From the NCBI RefSeq assembly GCF_963921235.1, contig NC_086097.1, positions 242,980,001 through 243,044,000 of the forward strand: DNA of 64,000 nt. The letters run 5' to 3'. How positions within the stretch are numbered: the stretch's first letter is position 1; every line of letters starts with the position of its first letter. The notes beneath the pieces were generated by a model. The model had not been told where the DNA came from, did not search any database, and was given only the letters and a program-made list of their open reading frames with translations. The DNA is from Mobula hypostoma (Eukaryota). Positions 24,139 to 37,267 of this stretch are shown here, one piece after another. Both the position numbers and the translations under genes were made by a program.

Positions 24139-26279
24139 AAGAGAAATGAGTGAATGTGGTAAATCTGAATTTTCAGGTGGCTTCTCATAGCTTGATCAAC
24201 AATAATTAAACGTGGAATGTGGATACAGCTTTATAAAACTAAAGATACCAAAGTATGATGGTGGTGGGGAAGACGCTGTTCATGAAGCGTTGAGTGTGCA
24301 TCTTCAGGCTCCTCTACCACCTCCTCCCTCATGGTGGTAATGAGAAGAGGGCATGTCCCACATGGTGAGAGTCCTTCAAAACGCCACCTTCATGAGTGGA
24401 TAAGGTAAAGAGGTGAAGGAGGGATCTCTAGGGAGAGGAGAGTGGACCCAGAGAGAAAGGGAAGGAGAAGGTACAGCAGAGGGAGGTGCCAGAGGAGTTC
24501 CGGTAAGATGGCAGCGCATCCTGACGCTGTGGCCACTCTGGGTCCAACTAAAGGTGTAATTGTTCATCCTTTTTAATGGTTACAAGACACTGCTGGATAC
24601 CAGAAACATCGAGTACTGCAGGTCTATTCCACTGGCAAGGCGCTCAATAGCGATGAAGCTGGACTGATTATGCACTGTTGCTTTGTCGTCATCTGAACTT
24701 ATTGCGTATTGGTGTTGCATTGAGGTGGTGGGTGGTTCAAAAAAAAAGTGCAAGTGATGGTCTTCCATATTTTTCTTGTGATGGCAAGACCCTCTTTGGA
24801 CATTGGTAATGTAGAATACTGCAAGTTCGGTTCACTGATGTGAGTGATAGCGAGGGGACTGCATTGTCTCTGTTGTGGTGCAGACCAGGGCCTCAAGCCA
24901 CGGCGTTGCCTGATGCAGCTATCCAGCAGAGATGCCAGAGATTGTGGTGGGCGAGAAAGCAGAGACCTCTGTGAGCCCACTGGAATCCTTACTGGCTTGT
25001 GGACTGGCCCTTCCCATTGGTACTGCCCTCTGGTATTCACTCTGTGCAAGAACAAGCTGGACCAAGGCAACATCCCATGTACAATCTACGAGCAATGTCA
25101 CTTGGGGACTTGAGCTCTATTATCATTATTTTTGTGCGAGTGTGCGAAGTTGGTAATGTGTTTTGCACCTTGGGCCTGGAAGAACACAGTTCCATTTGAC
25201 TATATTCAATTATGGTTGAATGATAATTAAACTTGAACTTGAAAGGCAGGTGAGTGTGGGATGAGAGAGAAGGGAAAAGGGAGGAGAAATACCAGGAAGT
25301 TAGAGAAATCAATGTAATATACAGACTATTTCTAATATATTGTTTGCAGATTCATCCGATTTATTGATTTAAGTACATTTATCACCAAAGTAATTATGTT
25401 ACCACGCACCACATTGTGATTAAATTTTCTTGCAGGCATTTACAGGGGGGAAACAAAGAAACAGAATTTTTATGAAGCACCAGACATAAACAACTAATGT
25501 GCACAAGACAAACTGTTCAAATAAAAAAACTAACACTGAAAACACGAGTCCTTGAGAGTGAGCCCATAGGGTGCTGAATCAGCTCACAGCAGCGGCAAGT
25601 GAAGTTAACAGGAGCTCGATCATTGCAGAGTAATAACAGATTTGGCAAGAAAACAGCAATTTTACAAAAACCAGCTAGATTCCACAAATTTCCAAGGAAT
25701 TATTCATTGCATATATGGCACTCTCTCTCTCTCGTGTTCTTGCTAAATTCATACTCCTACACCGATAGCAAAAGAATGCCACGCTTAAGTCAACAGCTTC
25801 TCCACAAAGGGAAGGCCACAAGGCAAAGGAATGCCTCAACAATGCCTTTTGTTTTACAGCATTCCTAAACACAAGTACAGTATTCTAGGATATGAATAGA
25901 GTGAATTTATCCTTAACCGTAATTAAAATGTTATGGCAGGACCAGGAATTCCCTGGGATTGTGGTGGCCTTTATATCACAATATCAAATTCACATGATGA
26001 ACTTTCTTGGGGGGACAGCACAGGACAGGACAACCCCAATCTACAACAACCATCACAACTACAACCGCTGCTGTGTGTAAGGCATCTGTACGTCCTCTCC
26101 GTGACCACACGGGTTTCCTCCAGGTGCTTCGGTTTCCTCCAACAGTCCAGAGATGTGACGGGTTGTAGGCTAATTGGTCATTGTCAACTGTCCCGTGATT
26201 AAGCCAGGGTTAAATAGGTGGGTTGCTGGGTGGCATGGCTCGAAAGGCCGTAAGGGTCTACGCTGCATTGCATCCCTTT

Positions 26280-27240
26280 AAGACCATGCAACCACAAAAC
26301 ATAGACAAACTAGGCCATTTGGCCCATCAAGGCTGCTCTTCCATTCTATCATGGCTGATCCACCTACCCCTCAACTTCAATCTCCTGCCTTCTCCTCATA
26401 AACTTTCATGCCCTGACTTATCAAGAATCTATTAACCTCTACTTTAAATATACCCAATGACCTGGCCTAAACAGCCACCTGTGGCAATGAATTCCACAGG
26501 TTCACCACCCTCCAGCTAAAGAAATTCCTCATCTCCATTCTAAAAGGACGTCCCTCTATTCTGAGGCTGTGCCCTCTGGTCCTAGACTCCTCCACTATAG
26601 GAAACATCCTTTTCACATCCACTATCTAGGCCTTCCAATATTCGACAGGTTTCAATGAGATCTCGCCTCATTCTTCCAAATTCCAGCGGGTACAAGCCCA
26701 GAGCCATTGAATGCTCCTCATACATTAACCCTTTCATTCACAAAATCTTTCTTGTGAACAACCTCTGAACCCTCTCCAATGTCAGCACATCCTCTCATAG
26801 ACAAAGTTCCCAGAACTGCTCTCATAGTCCAAATGCAGTCTGACCAATGCCTTATAAGCCTCAGCATTACATCCTTGCTTTTATATTCTAGTCCTCTTGA
26901 AATGAATGCTGAACATTGCACTTGCCTTCCTCAACCTACAAATTAACCTTTAGGGAAACCTGCACAAAGTTTTCCATGTCCCTTTGCACCTCAGATTTTT
27001 GAATTTTCTCTCCATTTAGAAAATAGTCTATGCATTTACTCCTTCTACAAAGCGCATGACCATACGCTTCCCGACACTACACTCCATCTGTCACTTCTTT
27101 GCCCATTCTCCCAATCTGTCTCAGTCCTTCTGAGGCCTCCCTGCTTCTTCAAAACTACCTACCCCTCCAGCTATTCTCATATTGTCTGCAAACTTGGCCA
27201 CAAAGCCATCAACTCCATCATCCAAATCACTGACATACAA
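26280..27240 (-). mobile_element. CR1 LINE 3' portion, degraded
   Basis: DLDDGVDGFVAKFADNM and AFISRGLEYKSKDVMLRL, plus tail. Confidence 0.85.
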
Positions 27241-27699
27241 CAACCACAAGTCCAGTCCAGGCTGTTCCACTGCCACGGGAACACATTTTCTCTTCAATCC
27301 AATTTTCAAAAGGCAGTTCCCTCAATACAGGGAAGACTGCAGTGTGTCGCAGGGGTGGAGACCAAGTCCAGGAAATAGTAATGGTCCAAAAGGGACTCCT
27401 TCCAATATACAAGATATTGAAAACTACAGCACAGAAAAGGCTCTTCCGCTGACATTGTACCAACCTTTTAACCTACTCTAAGATCAACCTAACCCTTCCT
27501 TCCTACATAGCCCTCCAATTATCTTTTATCATGTATCTAAGAGTTTTGTAAACACCCCTAAAGTATCTGTCTCTACCACCACCTCGGGCAGGCCACTCCA
27601 TGCACCCACCATTCTCTGTGTAAAAATCTTATTTCTGACATCCCCCTAGACTTTCCTCCGATCACCTTGAAATTATGAACCTTCATATTAGCTGTTGCG

Positions 27700-29260
27700 T
27701 CTTTGCAATTACATATCAATTAAATAAAAGCATACATGTGGGAGGTGGCTTTAACTGGTATATTCACATTGTAACAAGAGACAGATCAATGCACATGTGT
27801 AGTCAACAGATCAATAGGTAGTGCTGGGGGGGGTTCATTGCTCTAAAAAAGAACTAGATCCATACATTACACTTCCTCCCCCTTTAGATTAATGCAACAT
27901 AAAACTGTTTATGTACATTCAAATTCTCTTTCATAACCCATATTCGAAATAAACATGGTTTCACAATAACAGTCCATAACTAACTCCACTATACTAAAGA
28001 CTCAGTCTTTTAGGCGGTGCTCTGTTTCTTTCTGGAGAGCGCCTCAGGCCTGTGGAGCGGCATCTGGTTTGGCAAGTGTCTTGTCAACAACAGCACACTC
28101 AGCACATCTCTACATCTCTGAAGTGGCATCAGGTTTGGCAGGTGTCTTGTCTAAGAGAACGTTCTTGGTTTCCGGTGTCATGTTGATGTCAGTGACATGA
28201 TCATCGATGAGAGGCAAGTCCGGTGGCTGTAATGTGCCTGTCTTGTTGGATACAGTCGACTCCGGCGTGTTTTTCAGTTGAGCAACCATTATCTGGTCCA
28301 CATGACATTTCCATGCCTGATCTCCAACATCCACTGTGTACATCACTGGTCCCGTTCTTGTAACTATCTCACTGGGTGTCCACTTGTCTTCTCGATATTC
28401 ATGTGCTAGGACTTCCTGTCCAACCTCAAAACTCCTCACTGATTCACTTGTAAACTAGCTGAACTGTTTATTCTCCACTTTCCTCGTAGATCTGGTTTCA
28501 GGAGGTCTATGTGAGATCCCAGATTCCTGCTCATGAACAGTGTTGCAGATGTTTGAATTGAGGTTGCATGAACAGAGGTCCGATACACAAAGAGGAAACT
28601 GTCAAGCTTATGCTGTAGAGAACTGCCCTCCTTGTCTATCACTTTAATTGACTTCTTGAAGGTTTGGACAAACCTTTCAGCTAACCCATTCGATGCTGGG
28701 TAGTGAGGAGCTGACTTGAAATGTTTGATCCCATTTTTCTTCATGAAGAGTCGGATGTGCATTGTGGTCTGTTGTCACTCATAATTTGTTCTGGTAAGCC
28801 TTTCTGGTGAAGAAAGTCATAGGTGGTGATGGTGATGTCATAGACTTTGGACAACGTTGCGTCATTCCTTGTTTCTCGTTGTATTTCAGATTTTGTTACC
28901 AGCAACTGTTCCACCAGTGTGGTGTGAAACACTTCTGCTGGGTCACAGAATGAAGACTTTTCTCGTTCAGTTGCCAGCAGTGGAAGATCTGACAAGCCAT
29001 CAGCATTGCATTACTATGTTGTTTGGTACCCTTAAAACTCTATATTATAACAGTAGGCTTCTAGGAACAGTGCCCAACGTTATAACTGGGTATCAGACAT
29101 CACGGGAATTCCCCTCCTGGGTTTGAAAATAGACACAAGGGGCTGGTGATCTGTCACGAGCTTAAACTTTTGTCCACAGAGGTAAGTGGTGGAACTTCTT
29201 TATTCCCTATACTAGCCTGAGGGTCTCTCGGCTGATCTGTGAGTAGTTGTGTTCTGAATT
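27700..29260 (-). mobile_element. Gypsy/Ty3 LTR retrotransposon remnant (RNase H, integrase, PPT, partial 3' LTR)
   Basis: NYSQISRE...GIKKFH/YLCGQKFKLVTDHQPL and SAPHYPASNGLAERFVQTFK. PPT aaagggggaggaag (27872-27885) is followed by the TGTAATG LTR start at 27871. Confidence 0.9.
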
Positions 29261-29509
29261 CAATCCTTCGACTGATGAAGGCCAACACATTACATGCCCT
29301 TTAACAATGCTGTTAGCTTGGGCTCTATACTCTCACCATACAGATTAAATTAGCTGGACTATTAGATAGGTCTGGGGAAGTGGAATGAGCAAGCTTAGGC
29401 ACAGGGAGCATACACAGAAGTAATCAAAGCACAGAATTTGCGTTACTTCGTCAGTCTCTTTAGGTCAATGATGACATGAGAGCCATGAACAAGATCAATG
29501 ATGATAAGT

Positions 29510-29780
29510 CTGTCATGGTTTGGAGGCTTGTGTGCCTCAACTAACCCGGAAGACCTCTGTTGGCTGGAGTCAGGGCTTTACGTTTTGGCTCTGGGCAAGG
29601 TCACCCATGCCAAAGAGTTAGAGGCCAGACTAAGAGGTTCTCCAGGTTTAGGGTTAGCTCACAGCTAACAACCCTAACTAGTAAAACAAAACTGTTATGG
29701 AAACAGCAATAAAGAATCCTTCTACATCTGTGTGTGACAGCATTCCTGAGTCCCCACCTGTGGAAAGAGGACTTGCTACA
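29510..29780 (+). mobile_element. RTE-like LINE 5' UTR fragment
   Basis: 'tgtcatggtttggaggcttgtgtgcctcaa...ggtcacccatgccaaa...ggccagactaagag' resembles recalled RTE/Expander 5' UTRs. Confidence 0.45.
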
Positions 29781-30954
29781 TGGGTAACAGCTTGCTTTCC
29801 AGATCGTATTGAAATGGCTTCCATAATCACAGAAAGCTGGGACGCAATACCCATGGTTGTCCCCGATCAACAAAGGGCCTCAAGTTCAAAAAGAGGGTCT
29901 GAAGATAGTCTCCAATCCCTTACAAAAATGAATTATGCACTACCAAGGCCAGCGTTTTTTAAAAAAATATATAAAAATCAAATATCACTGCCTCATTATT
30001 CACTTCTATTTTGCATATTTGATACTACACCTTTCACGGAAACCTGAGATTCTGTCAAAATTATAAAAATAAGGCTTCAGTAAAATTTTCAAATTATGTA
30101 TTCAGATCTTGGCAAGAAAACTTGTCTGAAGATTCCCTGCTGCTTTCATGAAATAAAAACTAATTCCAGATGTAGCAGTTGACAGTTTTTAGGACAAATG
30201 TACCTGCCAAATTCTCACATATCACAGACAAAAGGACTGCTACCTCAGAGAGCGAGGACACGGTCTCCAAGTTGCACAGCGAAAAGCCAGCTGGTACTGG
30301 ACATCAATACTAAGAGTCCGTACAATCCACTTCACCACTGACCCCTCACAATCCCAGTAAAGAGTGTGAATAACCAGGTAAGTGAGTGTTTTTCCAAAGT
30401 CTGGTTTCTGAGATTGACACATCATTGTCAAGACTACCATTCTGTGTCCATCCCTACTTTTCTTTGAAAAGGGCTGTAGGGTAGCATAGTGGTTAGTATA
30501 GTGCCATTCCATCCCCAGAAACGCGGGTTACTTCCACCGCTGTTTGTCAGGAGTTTGAACATTCTCTCCATGACTGTGTGGGTTTTCTCTGGGTGTTCTG
30601 GTTTGCTCCAAGTGCTCCCATTTCCTCCCACATTTCAAAGATGTACCGGTTAGACGGTTAATTGGTCATGAGGGTGTAATTGATAGTGCAGGCTTGTTGG
30701 GCCAGAAGGGCCTGTAACCATGCTGTACAAAGTTCAAAGGTCAAAGTAAATTTTATTATCAAAGTACATACGTGTCACCATATACAACCCTGTGATTCAT
30801 TTTCCTGCAAGCATACTCAGCAAATCTATAGAACAATAGCTATAGCAGGATCAATAAGAGGTCAGAGTGCAGGAGACAAACTGCAAATATAAATCAATAA
30901 ATAATGAGAACATGAGATAATGAGATAAAGAGTCCTTAAAGTGAGATAATTGGT

Positions 30955-31272
30955 TGTGGGCATGTGGCCAAGTGGTTAAGGCGTTTGACTAGCGATCTGA
31001 AGGTCGTGAGTTCGAGCCCCAGCCGAGGTAGCATGTTGTGTCCTCGCGCAAGGCACTTAACCACACAGTGCTCTGCGACGACACTGATGCCAAGTTGTAT
31101 GGGTCCTAATGCCCTTCCCTTGGACAACATCGGCCTCGTGGAGAGGGGAGACTTGCAGCACGGGCAACTGCCTGTCTTCCATACAACTTTGCCCAGGCCT
31201 GCGCCCTGGAGAGTGAAGACTTTCTAGGCACAGATCCATGGTCTCACAAGACTAATGGATGCCTTTATTTTT
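30955..31272 (+). mobile_element. tRNA-derived SINE
   Basis: Box A tggccaagtgg and box B gttcgagcc; closely similar along its length to 48062-48372. Confidence 0.8.
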
Positions 31273-31934
31273 TGGTTGCGGGAACATCTCAGTTGATGGG
31301 CAAGTGAGTGTCGTTAACCCCTTTTGTTCAAGAGCCTGATGGTTGAGGAGTTTTTAAACTGTTCTTGAACCTGGTGGTGCGAGTCCTGAGGCTCTTATAC
31401 CTTCTAGCTGATGGCAGCAGCAAGAGAGCAGGACCTGGGTGGTGGGGATCTCTGATGATGGATGCTTCTTTCCTATGACAGGCTTCATGCAGATGTTCTC
31501 AGTGGTGGAGAGGGCTTTACTCATGATGGACTGGGCCGTATCCACCGTTTTTTGCAGGATTGTCCATTCAAAGGCAAGAGTGTTTTCATACCAGACTGTA
31601 ATGTGGCCAGTCAATACACTCTCCACAACAATAAAGGAACAGCTACAAGTTTCCAAGTTGCACAAATCAAAACGGAATGTGCAGGTAGTGTTATTGCAAT
31701 ACTCGGCTGCCTTCACATTTCTTATAGATTTCTGACAGAGAAAATGTATTAAAAAACCTACGGGAGGGCATTGGAGTGGGTAAAGAAGAGTTAAAGATTA
31801 GCTTTATTCTTCACGTGTACATTGAAACATACGATGATGCTGCCTGACTTCCAAAGTTCCTCCAGCATCGTGTGCATGCTGCAGTGAAGAGCGTCGTTTG
31901 CGTCAATGACCAACAAAGTCCAAGGGTTCTGCCA

Positions 31935-32852
31935 GAAACTCAATATACAAGTTTGCTGATGACACAACAATTGTGGGCCATATCTCGGGTAATAATGAGT
32001 TTGAGTACAGAGAGGAAATTAAGAACCAGGTGGTATGGTGCGAAGACAATAACCTATCCCTCAACGTCAGCAAGACGAAGGAATTGGTTGTTGACTTCAG
32101 AAGGAGTAGCAGACTGCATGACCCAATTTACATCGGTGGTGCGCAAGTGGAACAGGTCAAAAGCTTTAAGTTCCTCGGGGTCAATATAACAAATGACCTG
32201 ACTTGGTCCAACCAAGCAGAGTCCACTGCTAAGAAGGCCCACCAGCGCCTTTACTTCCTGAGAAAACTAAAGAAATTTGGCCTGTCCCCTAAAACCCTCA
32301 TTAATTTTTATAGATGCACCGTAGAAAGCATTCTTCAAGGGTGCATCACAACCTGGTATGGAAGTTGTCCTGTCCAAGACTGAAAGAAGCTGCAGAAGAT
32401 TGTAAACACGGCGCAGCACATCACACAAACCAATCTTCCGTCCGTGGACTCACTTTACACCGCACGCTGTCGGAGCAGTGCTGCCAGGATAATCAAGGAC
32501 ATGATCCACCCAGTCAACACACTTTTCGTCCCTCTTCCCTCCAGGAGAAGGCTCAGGAGCTTGAAGATTCGTACAGCCAGATTTGGGAACAGCTTCTTTC
32601 CAACTGTGATAAGACTGCTGAACGGATCCTGACCCGGATCTGGGCCATACCCTCCAAACATCCGGATCTGCCTCTCAGTTTTTTTGAACTACTTTACTTT
32701 CCATTTTTCTATTTTCTATTTATGATTTATAATTAAAATTTTTAATATTTACTATCCATTTGTAGTCCAGGGAGCGCGAAGCGCAGAATCAAATATCGTT
32801 GTGATGATTGTACACTCTAGTATCAATTGTTTGGCGACAATAAAGTATGAAG
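31935..32852 (+). mobile_element. Rex1/Babar LINE 3' portion
   Basis: YKFADDTT, then ORF 31973-32383 (LNVSKTKELVVDFR...FKFLGV), and an aataaagta tail. Confidence 0.88.
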
Positions 32853-33299
32853 TATAAAGCATCCTGCAAGTGTCGCTACACTTCCAGTGCCAACATAGCA
32901 TGCCTGCGACTCACTAACCCTAAATGTACGTTTTTGGGGTGTGGGAGGAAACTGGAGCACCTGGAGCAAACTCTCGTGGTCATGGGGAGAACATAAAAAC
33001 TCCTGACAGGCGGCAGGGGAACTGAATCCCCAATTGGTCAGCCTTGGGACTTGTAAAGCATTGTGCCCTGTAATCAGCAGATATTCACAAAGTTTTTGAT
33101 GAAGTCCTACATCAGACATTAATGGGTAAAATCAAAGTGTATGCTTTTGGTAGTGATGATTGAGAAAACTCTCAACACTAGAAAGGAGCGTGCAAAATGC
33201 AACACACACAGAACACTGGAGGGACTCGGCAGGTCGCGCAGCATCTACAAAAATGAGTAAACAGTTGACACTTCGGGCCAAAACCCTTCTTTAGGACTG

Positions 33300-35855
33300 A
33301 GAAACATAGAAAACCTACAGCACAATACAGGCCCTTTGGCCCACAATGCTGTGCTGAACATGTACTTACTTTAGAAATTACCTAGGGTAACCCATAGCCC
33401 TCTATTTTTCTAAGCTCCATGTACCTATCCAGGAGTCTTAAAAGACCCTATTGTATCTGCCTCCACCACGGTCACCGGCAGTCCCTTCCACGCACTCACC
33501 ACTCTCTGCATAAAAAAACTTGCCCCTAACATCCCCTCTGTACCCATTTCCAAGCACCTTAAACCTGTGCCCTCTTGTGCCAGCCATTTCAGCCCTGGGA
33601 AAGAGCCTCTGACTATCCACATGATCAATGCCTCATCATCGTCTTATACACCTCTGTTAGGTCACCTCTCATCCTCCGTCGCTCCAAGGAGAAAAGGCCA
33701 AGTTCACTCAACCTATTCTCATAAGGCATGCTCCCCAATCCAGGCAACATCCTTGTAAGTCTCCTTTGCACCCTTTCTATGATTTCCGTATCCTTCCTGT
33801 AGTGAGGCAACCAGTACTGACCACAGTACTCCAAGTGGGGTCTGACCAGGGTCCTATATAGCTATAACATTACCTCTCTGCTCTTAAACTCAAGCCCATG
33901 GTTGATGAAGGCCAATACACTGTATGCCTTCTTAACCACAGAGTCAACCTGCGCAGCTGCTTTGAATGTCCTCTGGATTTGGATCCCAAGATCCCTCTGA
34001 TCCACCACACTGCAAAGACTCTTACCAGTAATACGATATTCTGCCATCATATTTGACCTACCAAAATGAACCACCTCACACTTATCTGGGTTGAACTCCA
34101 GCTGCCACCCCTCAGCCCAGTTTTGCATCCTATCGATGTCCCGCTGTAACCTCTGACAGCCCTCCACACTATCCACAACACCTCCAACCTTTGTGTCATC
34201 AGCAAATTTAATAACCCATCCCTCCACTTCCTCATCCAGGTCATTTACAAAGATCATAAAGAGAAGGGGTCCCAGAACAGATCCCTGAGGCACACCACTG
34301 GTCACCGACCTCAATGCAGAATATGACCCGTCTACAACCACTCTTTGCCTTCTGTGGGCAAGCCAATTCTGGATCCACAAAACAATGTCTCCTTGGATCC
34401 CATGCCTCCTTGCTTTCTCAATAAGCCTTGCATGGGGTACCTTGTTAAATGCCTTGCTGAAAACCATATACACTACATCTACTGCTCTATCTTCAATGTT
34501 TTTAGTCACACCCATAAAAAATTCAATTAGGCTCATAAGGCACAACCTGCCTTTGACAAAGCCATGCTGACTGTTCCTAATCATATTATGTCTCTCCAAA
34601 TGTCCATAAGTTCTGCCTCTCAGGATCTCTTCTATCAATTTACCAACCACTGAAGTAAGACTCACTGGTCTATAATTTCCTGGGCTATTTCTACTCCCTT
34701 TCTTGAATGAGGGAACAACATCCGCAACCCTCCAATCCTCTGGAACCTCTCCCATCCCCATTGATGATGTAAAGATCATTGCCAGAGGCTCAGCAATCTC
34801 CTCCCTCGCCTCCCACAGTAGCCTGGGGTACATCTCATCTGGTCCTGGAAACTTATCCAACTTGATGCTTTCCAAAAGCTCAAGCATATCCTCTTTCTTA
34901 ATGTTTATATGCTCATGCTTTTCAGTCCACTGTAAGTCATCCCTACAATCACCAAGATCCTTTTCCATAGTGAATACTGAAGCAAAGTACTCATTAAGTA
35001 CCTCTGCCATCTTCTCCTGTTTCATATACACTTTTCCACTGTCACACTTGATTGATCCTATTCTCTCGCATCTTATCCTCTTGCTCTTCACATACTTGTA
35101 GAATGCCTTGGGGTTTTCCTTAATCCTGCTCACCAAGGCCTTTTCATGGCCCCTTCTGGCTCTCCCAACTTCATTCTTAAGTTCCATCCTACTAGCCTTA
35201 TAATCTTCTAGATCTCTATCATTACCTAGCTTTTTTGACCCTTTCGTAAGCTTTTCTTTTCTTGACTAGATTTTCAACAGCCTTTGTACACCACAGTTCT
35301 TGTACATCACGGTTCCTGTATCCTACCATTCTCTCCCTCTCACACATTGGAACGTATCTATGCAGAATGCCACGCAAATATCCCCTGAACATTTGCCACA
35401 TTTCTTCCGTACTTTTCCCTGAGAACATCTGTTCCCAATTTATGCTCCCAAGTTCCTGTCTGATAGCCTCATATTTCCCCTTACTCCAATTAAACAATTT
35501 CCTAACTTGTCTGTTCCTATCCCTCTCCAATGTTATGGTAAAGGAGACAGTAATCATAATTCTATCCCCAAAATGCTCTCCCATTGAGACACCTGACGCC
35601 TGACCAGGTTCATTTCCCAATACCAGATGAAGTACAGCCTCTGCTCTTGTAGGCTTATCTACACATTGTGTCAGGAAACCTTCCTGAACACACCTAACAA
35701 ACTCCACCCCATCTAAACCCCTTGCTCTAGGGAGATGCCAATCGATATTTGGGAAATTAAAATCTCCCACCATGACAACCCTGTTATTATTACACCTTTC
35801 CAGAATCTGTCTCCCTATCTGCTCCTCACTGTCCTTGTACTATTGGATGGTCTAC
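33300..35855 (-). mobile_element. CR1 LINE ORF2 (APE end plus RT), same subfamily as 18075-22138
   Basis: 441-aa ORF 33862-35187 with the RT motifs, adjacent frameshifted ORFs, and tail. Confidence 0.93.
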
Positions 35856-37158
35856 TGAGGAGGAAGGGGAAAGATGCCAGAATAAAAAGGTGAGGGGAGG
35901 GGGAAGGTGATCGGTGAAGCCAGGTTGTGAGAAAGGTCAAGGGCAGGAGAAGAAGGAATCTGATAGGAGAGGAGAGTGACCATAGGAGAGAGGAGGAGGG
36001 GGGAACCTTTGGGGAAGTAATAGGTAGGTGAAGTAAAACACACCTTTTAACCATGCTCTGTGCAGTAACTAGTGGGATACTGCAGGCATCAATGTTTAGG
36101 TCTTAGACACTCATAACACATCAAATGTTTGGATGAGGAACCCAATTTGCCAACAGCATTAAGATGGATTGTTAACTGTGATAAGGTTTTAAGTCTATTG
36201 ACAGATTGAGCAAAAATGTGGTTGATGCAGTATTTGTTAACCAAACTTGTGCACTTCAGTAGAAATATGTTTTTCCCCCAGTTTTTGTCTTGTTTTGAGG
36301 TAGATAAAAGCACCTCAGTCTAGTTTTGCGACTCAAGCCATCTTGTTATTTTTCTTAAACAATTGACCCACAGTTTTTTGTGACCTTTAGAGATATAGCA
36401 TGGAACAGGCCATCCAGCCCTTCGAGCTGTGTGGCCCATCAACCCCCGATTTAACCCTCGTCTAATGATGGGACAATTTACAATGACCAATTCACCTACC
36501 AACTGGTACATCTTTGGACTGTGGGAGGAAACCGGAGCACCTGGAGCAACACCACATGTTCATGGGGAGAACGTACAAACTCCTTGTGAGGTAGCGTGCA
36601 TGAGTTTGTGGACTGTTCATAAATTTGATGGAAAAGAAGCTGTTCTAAAACATGAAGTAAAATGTTGAAAAGAACTGATACAAGCTCTTTATGAAAACAC
36701 TTAATACTAATGTACATATTAGTCACGGAAGCTGAAGGAAAGATTAGTGAAACTGATGTTTGTAACTTCTCTGAATCAGATATTCAAGATGGTTTGATCA
36801 CCTTCCTCAACTGCATATATCCTCTGTGTTTTAGTTTTCATAACTCTTCTGCAAAGTGATTTTGCAACAGAGTTTCTACACAAGTATTTTTTTAAAAAAG
36901 AGGAACTTAATTATACCAGATAGCTTCATGGAAAACATTCTTAATGTTTAAGTTAACATTGTCAGAACCTAATTGTAAATACTTAAAGTAAAATTTATTG
37001 TCAATGTACATATATATTTGTCACCATATACAATCTTAAGATTCATTTTCTTGTAGGAATTTACAGAACAATAAATACAATAGAATTTGTGAAAAACTAA
37101 CAAGACTGACAAATAACCAATGTGCAAAACAAATTGTGCAAATGAAAATTTACGTTTA

Positions 37159-37267
37159 CAGTACTGTGCAAAAGTCATACAAGAACACAAGAAGAAACAG
37201 GAGCAGCAGTAGGCTATTTGGCCCGTCCACTTTTATATATAGTGCCCAAGACTTTTGCACAGTACTG
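37159..37267. mobile_element. Tiny Tc1/mariner MITE
   Basis: Perfect 18-bp TIRs CAGTACTGTGCAAAAGTC flanked by TA; encloses a ~50-bp CR1 tail. Confidence 0.85.

Noticed and set aside
29510..29560. Second HDV-like ribozyme in the RTE-like 5' fragment
   Set aside because: The 5' strands of P1 and P2 appear to be missing or degraded, so no complete fold could be built.
30228..30377. Plus-strand exon-like unit (cacag| ... CAG|gtaagt)
   Set aside because: Stops in all three frames and no partner exons; an antisense lncRNA exon cannot be supported from sequence alone.
30958..31030. tRNA gene
   Set aside because: The tRNA-like head continues into a SINE body present in three copies, and there is no clean cloverleaf.
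33862..35187. 441-aa RT ORF as an active or domesticated gene
   Set aside because: Part of a 5'-truncated, frameshifted CR1 with substitutions in conserved motifs (YMVFSKAFNKV).
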